Shown: positions 31,611 to 46,199 of the stretch, one piece after another
How the letters are laid out: each line of letters starts with the position of its first letter
Position numbering within the stretch: the stretch's first letter is position 1
Origin: Eledone cirrhosa
Lineage: Eukaryota
Length of the DNA stretch: 64,000 nt
NCBI GenBank assembly: GCA_964016885.1
Contig: CAXHJY010000514.1
Coordinates: forward strand, 1-64,000
Reading direction: 5' to 3'
Notes under the pieces: generated by a model
What the model was told of the DNA's origin: nothing
What the model saw: the letters and a program-made list of their open reading frames with translations, nothing else
Database searches by the model: none
Program-made: the position numbers and the translations under genes

Positions 31611-31739
31611 AGGTATGGGTAGTGGATTGGGGTGTATATTTGATTGAGAAGTGCTTACTGATTATAGGTTATATATATGTGTATATATGTGTACACACAT
31701 ATATATATGTATATATATATATATGTATATGTCTATGTG

Positions 31740-31788
<49 letters not shown>

Positions 31789-31807
31789 ATATGTATATAT
31801 ATATCGA

Positions 31808-32258
31808 TAATTCTATCGTATCTTTCAAAACAATCTTCTTGTATTTTTTATGCTTGTTAAATTATGCCCAAAATTCGAGTATTTTATTTAAAACTTAACT
31901 TTCTCTGCTCCCTCCTATTCTTCATCCCCCTCCTATATATCATACTGGTTCTCCCTCAATGCCTTCCTCTCTCTCCAAATATAAATAAATCCTTTGCAAG
32001 TACGAAACTCAGAATTCGTCAACCCCTTTTCAGGCTAGGCTGCTCGCACGGTGAAATGTAACGTACTAATTGCTATTTCTTCACTCTTCTCTCCATTTTT
32101 TATTCCCTGGTCCTTTCATCTATCTGTATCATTTCGCCTAGAATCCAATCTTTGCTTTTTCAATGCTATTCAATAATTCTGTCGTATTTTTCAAAACAAT
32201 CTTCTTGTATTTTTTATGCTTGTTAAATTATGCCCAAAATTCGAGGATTTTATTTAAA
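31808..32258. repeat. 365 bp-period partial tandem (about 85 bp direct repeats)
   Basis: ataattct..caaaacaatcttcttg..ttttatttaaa at 31808-31892 and 32173-32258. Confidence 0.8.
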
Positions 32259-32367
32259 CCTCGCTAACTACCCCATATCCCTCCCTCTCACCCGCCCCCA
32301 CTCACCCATTATTACGTGGGCCAATCATAAGTCAGCGGCCTATGCTATCACTTAAGTTTAGACCTGG

Positions 32368-35300
32368 TTGCCTTTCGATATGATGGATGGACTACGGAAT
32401 TCTGGAGAGATTACAAAGAAAAAATCTGGACACTCAGTGACTATGCCAAATATAAAGACAAATTCACCTCATGCTGCCGGACGAGAATGCAAGGACTCCT
32501 TCTCTTTATTTCGGCCGCGGATGGCCAACATAACCCCATCTAACCTGCGCCCCCACCATTCCCACCCTCCAAACGCAATCCAAACCTTCAGAGTTGGTAC
32601 CATGAATGTAGGTATTTAAAAGGTCGCTCTAACGAGGTTGTAGAAATGCTTGCACGTAAGGAGGTCGATGTTTGCTGTATTCAAGAGACCAGGTGGAGTG
32701 GTGGGTCTGCTAGATTCATTGTGGGTAAAAAACGATGCTATAAGCTTTTCTGGGTGGGAAATGACAATGGGCTGGGTGGGGTAGGAATCATGGTAGCAGA
32801 AAAGTGGGCAGATAAGATAATAGACGTAAATAGAGTGAACTACAGAATAATTAAAATAAGACTTGTCCTAAATAGAACTACTGTGACAATAATATCTGCG
32901 TATGCACCCCAATCCGGACTGCCTGGCGTTATAAAATACAGATTCTATGAGACATTGATGCTCACTAGCCTCCCAAATAACCGACACTGACTACAAAGTT
33001 ATCGCTGGCGACCTAAATTGTCACGTTGGACAACATTGTGATGGATATGACGGATTCCATGAGGCTATGGGTTTGGTACTAGAAATGAGGAAGGCGCCAA
33101 AGTCCTGGAATTCTGTGTGACGCAAATAACCTAACTATCGGTAACACTAACTTCAAAAAACGAGACAATCACTTGATTACCTATAGATCAGGGGAATACA
33201 CCAGCCAGGTAGATTATATCCTTACCAGAAGACGTGACAGAGTGTCTGTTGTAAACACTAAATCCCTTCCCCGTGAAGAATGCACCTCTCAACATAGACT
33301 CATGACCTCATAGTCAGGATGAGACGTACTCGACAACAGAGGAGGACTATCCTCAGGAGAAAAATATGGAAGTTAAAGGAACCCACAGCCAGTAATAAAT
33401 TGAAAAGCATATTACTTGATGCTTTTGATAGTAAGGAAGAGCAATTAGAGTCGCACAATATAGAGGAACAGTGGGAATTCCTGAAAGCTAACCTGCTGAA
33501 GGCGACAGATGAAATCTGTGGCTGGACCAGGCCTATAGGCAGGAGGAGAGTAACTTGGTGGTGGAACAGTAAGGTGGAGGAGTCAATCAAGGCCAAAAAG
33601 CAGGCTTGGAAAGCATGGCGGGATGGGGGAAGTAGAGAAGACTATCAAGTGGCCAGGAGGGAAGCTAGGAGACAAGTGTACTTCGCAAGAAGGGAAGCAG
33701 AGGAAAGAAGGTTCAAGCATGTTCTACAACGCGAGGACCAAAAACGTGAGGTGTTCAGGATTGCTAGGCAATGTGTCAAGGAAAACCGTGATATTGTCGT
33801 GGAGAAATGTGTCCTTAATGATGATGGTGTACTTAATGATGATGGCGTGACCTTAATGATGATGGTGTACACTGACGCTGATAAGATGGTAGCTTGGAAG
33901 TGTCACTACGAAAGGCTACTAAATGGGGAGAATAATTGGGAGAAAGACAGTCTTCCCCACATCGATCCAATAGAGGGACCAGCAGTGCAAGTTGAAGGTA
34001 GTATAATAAGTAAGGCGATCAAAGACATGAAGACAGGCAAGGTGGCTGGGCCTTCGGAAATAGTTGCTGAAATGCTGAAAGCATCTGGAACGGTGGGACA
34101 CACTATGGTCACCCGGATAGTAAACCAAGTCATACAGAATGGGGGCGTTCCGAAGGACTGGCGTAGCAGCATCATCATTAACTGCTACAAGGGTAAAGGA
34201 GATGACCTAGATAGGGGAAACTATAGAGGCATTAAATTAATTGACCAGGTCATGAAGGTCACAGAAAAAGTAATAGCGCAACTAATCAGAGAGCGAATTG
34301 ATCTAGATGAAATGCAGTTCGGGTTTGTGTCAGGTAAAAGTACTACAGACGCTCTTTTCATTGTACGACAACTACAGAAGAAGTACCTAGCTAAAAGTTA
34401 ACCCCTCTACTTAGCTTTTGTTGACATGGAGAAAGCCTTTGACAGAGTCCCCCGCTCCATTATCTGGAGGGCTCTTAGAAAACTAGGTGTTGATGAATGG
34501 CTTGTGAGAGCTATACAAGCCATGTATAAAGAAACAGTAACAACGAATATAGTGAAGAGTTTAGCATAAAAGTTGGTGTTCATCAGAGCTCCGTCCTTAG
34601 CCCCCTACTATATATTATTGCCCTTCAGGCTATAACAGAGGAGTTCAAGTCCGGCTGCCCATCGGAACTTCAATAAGCAGAATATCTAACGCTCATAGCT
34701 GAATCAATGGCTGAACTAGAGAAGAAATTCCAAACATGGAAGCATGGCCTAGAATCAAAAGGCCTTAAAATTAACCTGTCTAAGACTAAAGTTCTAGTTT
34801 GTAGGAAGGAAAATTGAGCACTGCACCCATCTGGGAAATGGTCATGCTCAGTGTGTAGGAAAGGAGTAGGCAGAAACTCAATTGTATGACCCAAATGCAA
34901 AGTATGGGTGCATAAAAGATGTAGTGGGAACACAGGTAAGCTAACTGAGAATATAGATTTTATATGTGGCTGGTGCTCAGGTGCAATAAGTAGCAGCAAG
35001 TGCCCTGGAATACTAGCTCATGTCATTGCACAGATGGTTCTATAGAAATAGTGGACACCTTCCGTTCCCTGGGTGACAAAATAAGCAGTGGGGGAGGGTG
35101 CTCTGAAAGTACAGTAGCTAGAGTCAGAACTGGATGGAAAAGGTTCAGAGAGCTTATACCACTATTGGCCGCTAAAGGGTTCTCTCTAAAAATGAAAGGC
35201 AGGCGGTATGATGCCTGCATACGAACAGCAATGTTACATGGCAGTGAGACCTGGGCATTGTGTGCAGTGGATATACGCAGACTGGAGAGGAACGAAGCTT

Positions 35301-36010
35301 GCATACTCTGTTGGATGTGTAATAGTAATATACGGGAACGGTAAAGCATAAATGAACTAAGGGAGAAATTAGGAATAAGAGGAATCAGATGTTGTTTATT
35401 CGAGAAAAGACTACGTTGGTATGGCCACGTGATGCGCATGAAAGATGACAGCTGTATAAAAAAGTGCAAAGCGATAAAAATAGACGGTAGCTACGGAGCA
35501 GGCAGACCCAGAAAAACCTGGGTCGACTTGATAAATTCCGACCTTACACACTTACACCTCTCCAAGACAATGTCACTGGACCGAGATCTTTGGCGTTACA
35601 CAGTAATAGTGAAACCCGCCTTGCCTAAGTATAAAGCGAAACCTACAGTCGGTAGGCACCTCTAACAAAAATACAGCACCGTTCCACCACCCCACCCCAT
35701 CCACACCACGCCTTTCGATGTAAAGTTATGTTGGTACTACAACATCCAGTCCGAAATAAATGAGGTCGTGTAGGTGTCATGAAAAAAAACACACAGTCCA
35801 CGCTGTAATGTGGTTGTGTAGGTAACACGGTAAAAACCTCCCAGTCCACACTGTAAACGTGGTTGGTGTTAGGAAGTGCATCCAGCCGTATAAAACCTGC
35901 CAGACAGTCCTATGCGAGCAAGACAAACAATCTTGCCTCAAAGAGGAAAATTCCCGTCCAAACCCATGCAAGCGTGGAATATGGACGTTAAATGATGATG
36001 ATGATGATGA

Positions 36011-36012
<2 letters not shown>
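32368..36012 (+). mobile_element. Near full-length degenerate RTE LINE (APE endonuclease + RT + PHD-like finger)
   Basis: VGTMNVG, DVCCIQETRW, IISAYAPQ, QVDYIL, NYRGIKL, MQFGF, MLHGSETW, GRPRKTW. Several stops and frameshifts. 3'UTR with (GAT)n tail. Confidence 0.95.
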
Positions 36013-36054
<42 letters not shown>

Positions 36055-36237
36055 GTATATATGTGTATATATATACATGTATATATATGTATGTATATGT
36101 GTGTATATATATGTATGTATGTATATGTGTGTATATGTATATATATATGTGTATATTTATATATATATATATGTATATATGTGTATGTATGTATATGTGT
36201 GTATCTGTATATATATATATGTATATGTGTGTATATA

Positions 36238-36284
<47 letters not shown>

Positions 36285-36363
36285 GTATGTATGTATATGT
36301 ATGTATATGTATATATATATATGTATATATATGTATATATATATATATGTATATATATATATG

Positions 36364-36926
36364 TTGTTATACTTGGGGAGGGTCATATTTGTGTAATATT
36401 GCCAGAATTAATAACAGAACACACTCACTGTTTGGTTGGTTTTCGCTTTTCGCCTCTGTGTCTTTTATATCGGTAATCTAATTTATTCGGTCGTCAATGT
36501 TGCCATTGACTGACCAACGGTCAAAAATAATACTCATACAATATAGACACAAACACATATATATAGTTTATCAAAGTTTTTTCGTTGCACATCTTTGGCG
36601 TAGAAAATACAATGCAACGGGAGGAAACAATAGCACCACTGACGATGTTGCAGATGTGCAACGAAAGAACTTTGGTAAACTATATATATGTGTTTGTGTC
36701 TATATTGTATGAGTATTATTTTTTACCCTTGGTCAGTCAATGGCAACATTGACGACCGAATAAATTAGATTACCGATATAAAAGACACAGAGGCGAAAAG
36801 CGAAAACCAACCAAACAGTGAGTGTGTTCTGTTATTAATTCTGGCAATATTACACAAATATGACCCTCCCCAAGTATAACAATATTTGTTTCGACACACG
36901 ATTTCATATCAAAAACCTCGTAAAAC
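36364..36926 (+). mobile_element. Non-autonomous PLE-like/retrozyme element F (inverted duplication)
   Basis: 36364-36593 is the reverse complement of 36652-36882. The hammerhead spans the spacer and the right arm. Confidence 0.7.
36635..36676 (+). ncRNA. Minimal type I hammerhead ribozyme
   Basis: ACCA-CTGACGA-t-GTTGCA(GATG)TGCAAC-GAA-AGAACT-T-TGGT. Short stem I, one extra base before stem II. Confidence 0.65.
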
Positions 36927-37144
36927 TATATATATATGTATATATATGTACATATATGTATATATGTATATATATTTATATATGTATGTATATATATGTA
37001 TATATATATAGGTATATATATATGTGTATATGTATATATATAAGTGTATATGTATATGTGTATATCTATATATATATATATATATATGTATATGTATATA
37101 TATGTATATGTATATGTATATATGTATATGTGTATATGTATATG

Positions 37145-37181
<37 letters not shown>

Positions 37182-37530
37182 GTATATATATGTATATATA
37201 TATATAAGCATATATATATGTGTGTATATGTATATATATATGTATATGTATAAATATGTATATATATATAAGTATATATATATATATGTGTATATATATA
37301 TGTGTATATATATATGTATATGTATATATATGTATATATATATATAAGTATATATATATATATCTGTTTATGTATATATATATATGTATATGTATATGTG
37401 TATATGTATGTATATATATGTATGTGTATATGTATATATATATATGTATATGTATGTGTATATGTATATATATATGTATATGTATGTGTATATGTATATA
37501 TATATATATATATGTATATGTATATAGATA

Positions 37531-37596
<66 letters not shown>

Positions 37597-37944
37597 TATC
37601 CAACACAACCACCTTTTGTGCTTTCTTGTTTCACAGTTAGTTTTCTCAGAATATTCTGATAAGTCAACTTGAGGGAGATTTAAGGTAAACAGTACAAGGT
37701 ACTGATCTGTATATGTGTTTGATCTCTTAAATATGGTACTCCAATGTCTAGCATCTCTTATTGAAACACCTGTAACCTGTCTACGTGTATCTCGTATTAT
37801 TAATTTTTCTTTTCGTTTTTCTATGACACACTATTAAAATACCTTTTTTATTGGGTCGTCAAGTATGAAATTTGGAGAAATTTGTTTTTCTTCAAGAAAT
37901 GTTTACAAATTTCATACTTGATGACCCAATAGAAGCATTAGTGT

Positions 37945-38131
37945 CAGACGTCATGTTTTGGAGCTTAGTTAGGCCTTTTATGTTGTGAGTTCTAATCCCA
38001 CCGAGCTTAGCTTTGCCTTTCCTCATTACGGGGTCGTGAAAATAAAGCACTAGTAATGCACTGGGTTGGATTTAATCGACTTTTCCGTCCCCTTTAAATT
38101 GATGGCCTTGTGCCTAAAGTAGAACAATTAT
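37945..38131 (+). mobile_element. Meta-domain SINE (degenerate)
   Basis: gagttctaatccc box B-like motif, gcctttc..cggggtcg..aaaataaag domain, and a ggccttgtgcctaaagtagaa tail shared with 48874-49069. Confidence 0.75.
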
Positions 38132-38140
38132 TAAATGCAA

Positions 38141-38348
38141 TAAATGACTGTTAAGTTTCAGAAAGCCTGGTAGACAAATGACAAAGGGTGACAAAACAAA
38201 ACAAAATAATATTTCATCCACTATATTTCAATATGATATTTCAGGGCTAACACACCCTTTTCAAATGTGAAACGAAAATGGGAATTTGTTTTTGTCATCC
38301 TTTGCTCTTTGCATTGTACCAGCTTTCTGAAATTTATCAGTCATTTAT
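38141..38348. mobile_element. Old MITE-like element
   Basis: Imperfect terminal inverted repeats taaatgactg..tttcagaaagc / gctttctgaaa..cagtcattta. Confidence 0.6.
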
Positions 38349-38376
38349 TATATATCTCATAATGGTTCATATTAAC

Positions 38377-39270
38377 TACTAGCATTAAAGCCCGGCGTTG
38401 CTCGGGGTCATTAAGTTACCAAAGTTAGGTTGCACCACCCATTTATGGCAGCACTTTTTGTCTGCCAGGCACTGGGTGAATGAATTGCAGACCTGGAAGC
38501 ATGAGCTGCGCCAGCAGTGACAATTGTAGTTTCGCCTATGGATATTATCTCTGTGCAAAAAAGTGTTGAAATTTATTGTTTCACAGTACTTGCGCAACAC
38601 GCGCGTAGACGATGCCAGCCGAACAACAGAGCTGCGATGGAGTTGTTCTGCATGGTTGTCTGTGTGTTTTCTAAATTTAAGACAGTAGGGAGTGGTGTGA
38701 TATGGGGGAGAGTTAGCTGCTGTTTCTAGCAGGTTTAGTAACCTCATAGAGGATATGTGTTTTCTAAATTTAAGACAGTAGGGAGTGGTGTGATATGGGG
38801 GAGAGTTAGCTGCTGTTTCTAGCAGGTTTAGTGACCTCATAGAATATATGTTTTCTAAATTTAAGACAGTAGGGAGGGGTGGGATATGGGGGAGAGTTAG
38901 CTGCTGTTTCTAGCAGGTTTAGTAACCTCATAGAGGATATGTGTTTTCTAAATTTAAGACAGTAGGGAGTGGTGTGAACGGACAGTATCACCATCAAGCT
39001 TGGAAAGAGAAAGTAGCAGAAAGTATGAAGTTGTATAGATTTTGAATGGTAGTGGAAAGAGTTTAGCAGTTTAAATGACAGAGGAAAATCGTAAAATATT
39101 GAGTTTTATCTATTTTTTGCGTAATTGTGGGTGAAATTGAAAAAATTATCTGCGTCAAGACGCAATCGAAACTATTTCGAATACTGAATTGTAAATTTCA
39201 ATTGAAGAAATTCTATATCGTAGATTTCTATAACGAAGGAGCTTGACCACACACTGAGCTTTATAGATTA
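38377..39270 (+). mobile_element. Helentron-associated (HINE/DINE-like) non-autonomous element with internal minisatellite
   Basis: 5' ACTAG..GCCCGGCGTTGCTCGGG hairpin and 3' CACACTGAGCTTTATAGAT end. About 3.3 copies of a 91-93 bp unit at 38663-38977. Confidence 0.65.
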
Positions 39271-40419
39271 TGATATTACTTTATTATTAGTTGTATTATT
39301 TCCTGTTTGAAGGTTTTTTCTAATATTAAGACATTAATATATGTGGAATCCGAAACCAAGTCTATATTTACGTTCAGTTTTCCAGCATTTTCTATTGTTG
39401 TGCAATGAATTGATCTCAATATTGTAACATTTAAAGGGTTCACTATGTATTATGTAAAAAAATAATTCAGTTCTTTATATTCTGTAGCAAATATAAATAA
39501 AACTAATAATTGTAACTTTATTTTCATGTAAGGTATTCATGTCAGCTCTTTTTTATCCGTACTTCCTCTACTTAACAATTCATTTCAACTTTAGATTATA
39601 CATATCTAACTTTGTGACGCTATAATAGAATTCTTTAATATATTTGGCATGGTAGTGAAGTAGATAATGCTGTTGGACAACCTGGTTGTAGATCACAACT
39701 TAAAAGCTACCCAAGGTATTTATTGTTTCTTGGCAAAACATTCTATTTTACATTGTCTCAATTTACCTACATCTGAGAAATATAGATGATTTTATCTAGG
39801 AAAAGATTTAGCTTTTATCCTTTTTAGGTCATGAATCTAGAGCTGAGTATCAACTCTTTGAAACCATATCAGGCTTAAATGATATTTGCAATACATTGCA
39901 AAATCAAAGTCTAGATCAATTATTTCCATAATTTGAACTGTAATAGTTAGGCTTGTGGAAATTCCAGGGAAAACATGACTTATTCATCTTTACAATAAAA
40001 CCACTATAAAGAGAATGCGCAGTAAAAGCCACACAAAGGAATAATGTTGCTACTACCATGACTACTACAACCAACAACAAACAACTACCACAACAAATAT
40101 CATTACTACCACCACTACCATAACTACCAATAACAACCACCACAACAAACACTACTACTATTATACTACCATAACTAGTAACAAAATAATTTATCATTGA
40201 TCCCCATCATCACCAGCTTTTGCCATTAACATCTTTTATCTTTTTTCTCTGATTTTCTCTTTTTTTCTTTTTGCTGATGTTTCTTCTCTCTGTTCCTTTT
40301 TTGTGAATGTTAAATTCATCTCTGATTCAATTATTCCTTTCGCTATTACTATTTCTTTCTTACATACAGATGCTCTCTTTTATCTCTATTGCTATATTCT
40401 ACTCTCTCACCCATTTATC

Positions 40420-40549
40420 ATAATTGTTTCTACTTTTGGCACAAGGCCAGCAATTATCTAAGCGTCTTGCTGGTACTTTATTTCATCAACCCCGTAAGGA
40501 TGAAAGGCAAAGTTAACCACGGCGGGATTTGAACTCAGACCATAAAGGG
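40420..40549 (-). mobile_element. Meta-domain SINE fragment
   Basis: Reverse complement of the 48950-49069 type sequence. Confidence 0.8.
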
Positions 40550-42533
40550 ATGATCACCAACATCACTGCTACCAACAATGTATTTCTCACTCCAGTTACT
40601 TCCCTTAATATAAGCAATAGTTTATATATAAAGATACCACTTTATTAATATAAGTCTGTTACACAATTCAGATTTAAAAGTGTTACAGTACTTACAACTA
40701 ATGATATTTCTTTACCTCATCATCACTGTATTTGCTTTTTTCATGATCAATTTTCCTGTTTTAACATTTTTTTCTTTCATGCTAGTATGAATGTAATGAT
40801 TCTTTTACGAATCTCTGATATTGGTTTCAATAAATGTTTATGCAATTAAATTGATTTCCTATTGCCCAACCTTAGATGTTACAGTACATCTGTTGTCATT
40901 CATTCAAACTGAGGTAAGCAAAGTTATTTATCCTCTTAACAATTTTGTTTCTAATCTAGTCAGTGTTCAATCATGTACATTTACTTAGTGGTTCTTCTTA
41001 TCACTACTTAACCCTTTATCATTTACATTACTCTATATATACTACTGTATTTTTGTATAAAGGCTTTATCTTACATAATACCTCACATAATATCGAATCT
41101 ATGAGATTTTGATATTATTTATTTTGAGAACAATACCTTCATATAAGTATGAGCAGTTGGTTTGGGCCTGTTTGAACAGAAAGAGGTGAGAGAATTCTGA
41201 CCAGATATGACCAGTTTAAATGGTCAAGCTGTTATATTGAAATCTGTGCTTTACTGATGAGATCAAAGTATGTCAGAATGTGTTCCCCATCCATGCTAAA
41301 ATAAATAAAATAATATTAGTCATTGATTAATATCTTGTCAGTCTTTTCCTGATTTTTTATTATATGATTTTATTGGGATAACTAATATAAATAATCTAAA
41401 CAATGCAAAGTATGTTGAAACAAAGTGTATAGGAAAAAGGATAAAATGCAAGCTGCCCTATCAAAATGGGACTTCAACCCACTGTTGGGAAATATGTATT
41501 GATTTAGTAATTGTTTGTGTCATGTAATAGTTTTTTCTATTATCAAAACTAGATATTAGGTCACATTTTTGTTATTTGTTCCAATACACGATTTAATCTA
41601 ATGGTGTGAAACAATTATTGATGCAAATCAAATTTGCTAAGTATGATACATCTCATTGTTTTCCTCACAGTGTAATATCACTGAAAGCTATTTATTATAC
41701 TACCATATTAAAGTACATGTTTAATGCCTTGTTTAAATATAAACATTAGCCCAATCTGTAAATTGGTACTGGTGGTGCCACAAGAAAATTCACCCAATTA
41801 CTTCTGATAAAAATGCACCCCCTACATACTGTAAAATAGTTGGCTATCGAAAGGCCATCCAGCTATAGAAACAATACCAAAATTGAAACAGCTGAACAGG
41901 AGATGGTCACATGACCCATTTAATCTCAGAACTAAACAAACATTAGAATCCATACTAACATGGAATATAGTCATAAAGTGGTTATTGTTATCATTATTAT
42001 GTTAACTCTAAAGTACCAGTAATGTACTGAGGTAATTGCTGGCCTTGTGCCTAAAGTAGAAACAATTATTATGTTAACTCTTAACAACTTCAATTTATAA
42101 TACAAACAATTAAGAAAAAAAATCCCACACTTCACCTTTGATTACAGGAAAATACATTTTATTATTTGCTTTTCTTCTTCAATTTCTTGGTGTCATTCAT
42201 CAAAAGGAGTTTCTCTAACTAATAATTTCTGATTAATGGAAGCCTAATCTCACAGAACCCCTGAATTGTTTTTATAAAACAATAGGATTATGCAGGTTCC
42301 ACTTTTATAAAGACTGCTCCAAACGATTTGGTTTTTCTCTACCAGCCAGCATACAATCTATAACATTTACTTAATGATAGTCGTATTATGACATTGGAAA
42401 ATATAGTAGCATATATGCTTTGCTTATGAAATTGTAATAAGTCCAAAATATGTCTTGATTTGTCTTCTGTACTTTTCTAAAGTAAAGAAAACTAGTGAGA
42501 CCCATGGACATTTCATATTTTATAAATTTTCTT

Positions 42534-42780
42534 GAAGGTGTGTTGCTTAGTGGTTAGAGAATTGGATTCCTAATCATGAGGTTGGAGTTTGATTCCCAGA
42601 CTAGGTGATGCATTATGTCCTTGAGCAAGATACTTTATTTCATGTTGTTCCTTCTGCCAGGAGTTGCGACTGTAGATCGTATCAGAAATGGCAAGAGCAA
42701 TGGAATCATTGTTTCCTTGGTTCGATTTGATGAGCTCCACCCCACTTGGTAAGCAAATGAAGTCTGGCATATTGTCGATC
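42534..42780 (+). mobile_element. tRNA-derived CORE-type SINE
   Basis: Box A ttgcttagtgg, box B-like gagtttgattccc, and gtccttgagcaagatactt core. Confidence 0.7.
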
Positions 42781-45700
42781 AATTCCTTTATATATGTATT
42801 ATTTTGATTTTGATGCATAAACGTTACAAATAAAGCTCATAATGTATCTGCAAAACCTTTTGCTGCTACTACAACATTGCTGATAATCATAAATAATCAG
42901 ATCAAAGCAAAATCCATTTCTTTTGCTACTTCTTCATATTTCAGTAAAAGTAATCAACAGTTTCATAATGGATTCCTATATATCAATATAGTCTTAAATT
43001 AGCTTTGATATGACAACTGTTTTTCTGTTTATCTATATGTTCTCATATACAGCATTTAATGATTTCTCTTTTCTACATTTTACATTTTTTTTGCAGATGT
43101 GATCTACTTTTTCTCTACTGACTATTATAATGCATTCTTTTATTATTATTTTTTTTTTTTTTACATTATGTTTTAATTTTTAGTCTGAATGAATGTTATG
43201 AAGTAAATGTTTTTTCTTTATCTTAACTTCAATTATATTTTTCTCATCAAACATTTAAAAAAGAAATCTTATTTAAACTAATAAGGTGTGTTTTTATTCA
43301 TTACTCTTTATTTCATCTTTAATTTTGTAGTCCAAATGTCTCATACTCCGATTTAATATAATTTTGTTGAAAGAAATATGAAAAGTCTATTAAGTAAAAT
43401 TATTAATTTTAATTTCTATTAGATAAATTTACCTAATAAAAAAATATTTGGCATATGATTTTAATCATACTGAGAAAAAAAAAAAAAATCTTGTGAAATA
43501 ATTTAGTTATACCAAAATTGAAGGATTTTATATACATTTTCATTCTGGCTGTACATTTTATTAATTTTGTTTTGAAATATATAAAAAAAAATATGTTACT
43601 TATAAATATTATTTGTATTTTAATTTATCTAGTTATATTGAAAATATTACTCTTTTATAGTTCATTTTTGATATAGAACTGATACAGCAATTCTAATGAA
43701 CTTGTATTCACACCTAACAACCCTTTTCTTATTCTTTGCACTTATTGCACAACACAGATACTTAATGTTTTGCTTTCCTCTTCTAATTTTCAAGTATATT
43801 TCCAGAATAAAAGTTAATTATTATACTCAGGACTCTCTTTATCAAAAGTTGTAGCTTTAAATAACTGGTGCAGATTTTTAGAAACACACATATCACAATA
43901 TTTGTTAAAGATAGATATTAAAATTTATATTGTCATAATTTGTATATCAATTTGAATTCCCCGTCATCATCATCATCATATATATATTAAAAAAGTTGGC
44001 ATAAAAGTTTGTAATTTCTTTTATTTATTTGAATATAAAGCAAGTTATTAAAGTGTATTGGAGAATGTGTGACAAGAAAAGACATTTGATACTGAATATT
44101 ACTAACACTTTTCTATGATCTATCTAAATTCTCATCATCTTCCTATTCAATTCAGTCCAATTCAGACCTTTCTCCCTCCTGTTGAAGGAACCTCTTCCTG
44201 GTTGACCTCCACAACTTTCTGTTTGGTTTTGCCTATGTCAGGAGTGTAGCCATACTCACCATTATTGGCTGATTGCAGGTTGATGGCTGTTGACTGTGAG
44301 GAGTTAACCATCCATTTTAACAGCTCTAGTTTTTGTACTGTTCGGGTTCCATATACCCTCCTCACCATACTATTCACATGATTATAAAATGTGATAATTG
44401 ATAAAATGAAATCCTAATCATTGCAGCTTTATTTTTGTTAACACTTCATTGTTTCGCTGTAGACATAGTGTTATAATAGTTAAGTATATTTCAGAAAATG
44501 TGTATGTATATCCATTGATAAGGTAATACTACACATACCAATGAGACATCCTTCACAGTCCATTGATTTTATAGAAATGGCAGTAAGAATATTTGCATCA
44601 AACTTTGCCATCTTTAAATGGAGCAGCTGTTCCAACACATCTCCCATACCATTCTCTGGGGCAATGTCTTATCCATCCTGTTGGCCAGGACCATGAGGCA
44701 GACTGTCACTTAAGATATTCTGTTTGAACTTGAACAAATAGCACCAGTCTTTTTGTGTGTGGTGCCGACTACACCACACTACTACATAATGTTGTAAAAA
44801 ATGTTCATGATGATGATATCAATGGAAAGATATCATATGCCAAATGATGAAGGATACTTTGGATAATGTGTAGATTTGTGATATACAAAATGATGGGATG
44901 TTCACAGTTGAAATACATTTAGTTATTGGTCTACTTAAGCAAGGCTGTTCTGGAGATAAGCAACAGCATGGAATATCATTTATCCAAATGGGACACATTA
45001 AAATCTTATGAATATAATGAATGGTTGTTTGTCTGAGGCAGGTGATATCTTTCTTGAGTTTTCCTCATATTTTTTTATAAAATAAATGTTTAAAAGATGT
45101 TCCTTTTTACCTTCTAAGGAAGAGATTTGCTAACTGAGTTGTGAAATTCAGATCTTATAAATATTTATGAATATCTTCCTCTGAAATATATTTGTGGTCT
45201 GAAAACCTGGTGTAAAAAAATTAATACTTTACTAAGAATGTGTGATATAATGTTTAATTGTTTATATATCAATTTCTTTCTTTCTTGTTGCCAACAAATA
45301 TAATTGTATGATCTTATTTTCAAAATGTATCACCAATGTGAAAAGAAAGGAAAGGCCTCATTGTAGTTAACTAGTAGAAGTAGTAAGTGCTCTCCAGTAG
45401 TTGGTAACCTTGGATTTGATTTTATATGTTCCTTTACCTTTTAATTCTTTAAGAGATATAGATCCTGGTTCAATACAAGTAAAATGCAATGGTTTTGCTT
45501 CAGAAATTAAGCCTATATATAATCATCATACACTTAAATCTATTCTATGACTCTCACCATAAATATTACAATGAACCAGCATAATTATTACAATATGATT
45601 TAATTGAACTAAATAATTTTATTCAAAATACAAGTTTAAGGGTACTTCAAATGTTACAGAATTACTATTAAATCTTATATCCATCCTAAACACCAAATCA

Positions 45701-45837
45701 AATTTGGACTTTTTTTTTCAAAATCTTTTTCTTCAAAATATGAGTGCATCTTAAAGAACAGTTTGTTTTATAGTTTGAAAAATACTTTATGTCTCACTGT
45801 TTGTTTTATAGTTTGAAAAATACTTTATGTCTCACTG

Positions 45838-46130
45838 CATGGCAGTGAGACATGGGCCTTGAGCACAAGATTAGTGGGGGCTAAAAAAATAAGGCATGCA
45901 TGCTTTGCTGGATGTATAATGTCAGTGTGCAAGAATGACAGAACACAAGTGAACTGAGAGATAAGTTGAGTATAAAAGGAATCACTTTCATTAATATGGC
46001 TGTGTGTTGCATAAAGAGTGCAAGAGTTGTATTAAAACTTACTAAGTTCTTGAATTGGATGGAATCTGCTGAAGAAGGAGACTACAGAAGACATGGAATG
46101 TGATGAGAGACTGGAGGCTACAATGTTTTG
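45838..46130 (+). mobile_element. Old RTE RT C-terminal remnant
   Basis: catggcagtgagacatgggcc encodes HGSETWA, followed by ACMLCWM and ELRDKLSIKGI. Preceded by a 39 bp tandem duplication at 45760-45837. Confidence 0.7.
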
Positions 46131-46199
46131 CAAGTAAACAACGTAGGGTTTGAGAGGATTCTTTTGTCTGGCCTAGAATGTGACAACTCCATATTAAAA

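Noticed and set aside
38663-38977. CRISPR-like regular repeat
   Set aside because: Contiguous tandem units without unique spacers, eukaryotic context, and no cas genes.
40876-40913. Possible 38 nt exon (cttag..GAG/gtaagc)
   Set aside because: The splice signals are plausible, but there is no recognisable protein or supporting neighbouring exon. RNA-seq would be needed.
42661-42748. Possible exon (ccag..TG/gtaagc)
   Set aside because: It follows directly on a SINE head and core, so it is more simply explained as SINE body.
44162-44377. 71 aa ORF in a GC-richer patch
   Set aside because: No recognisable motif. Likely a decayed repeat.
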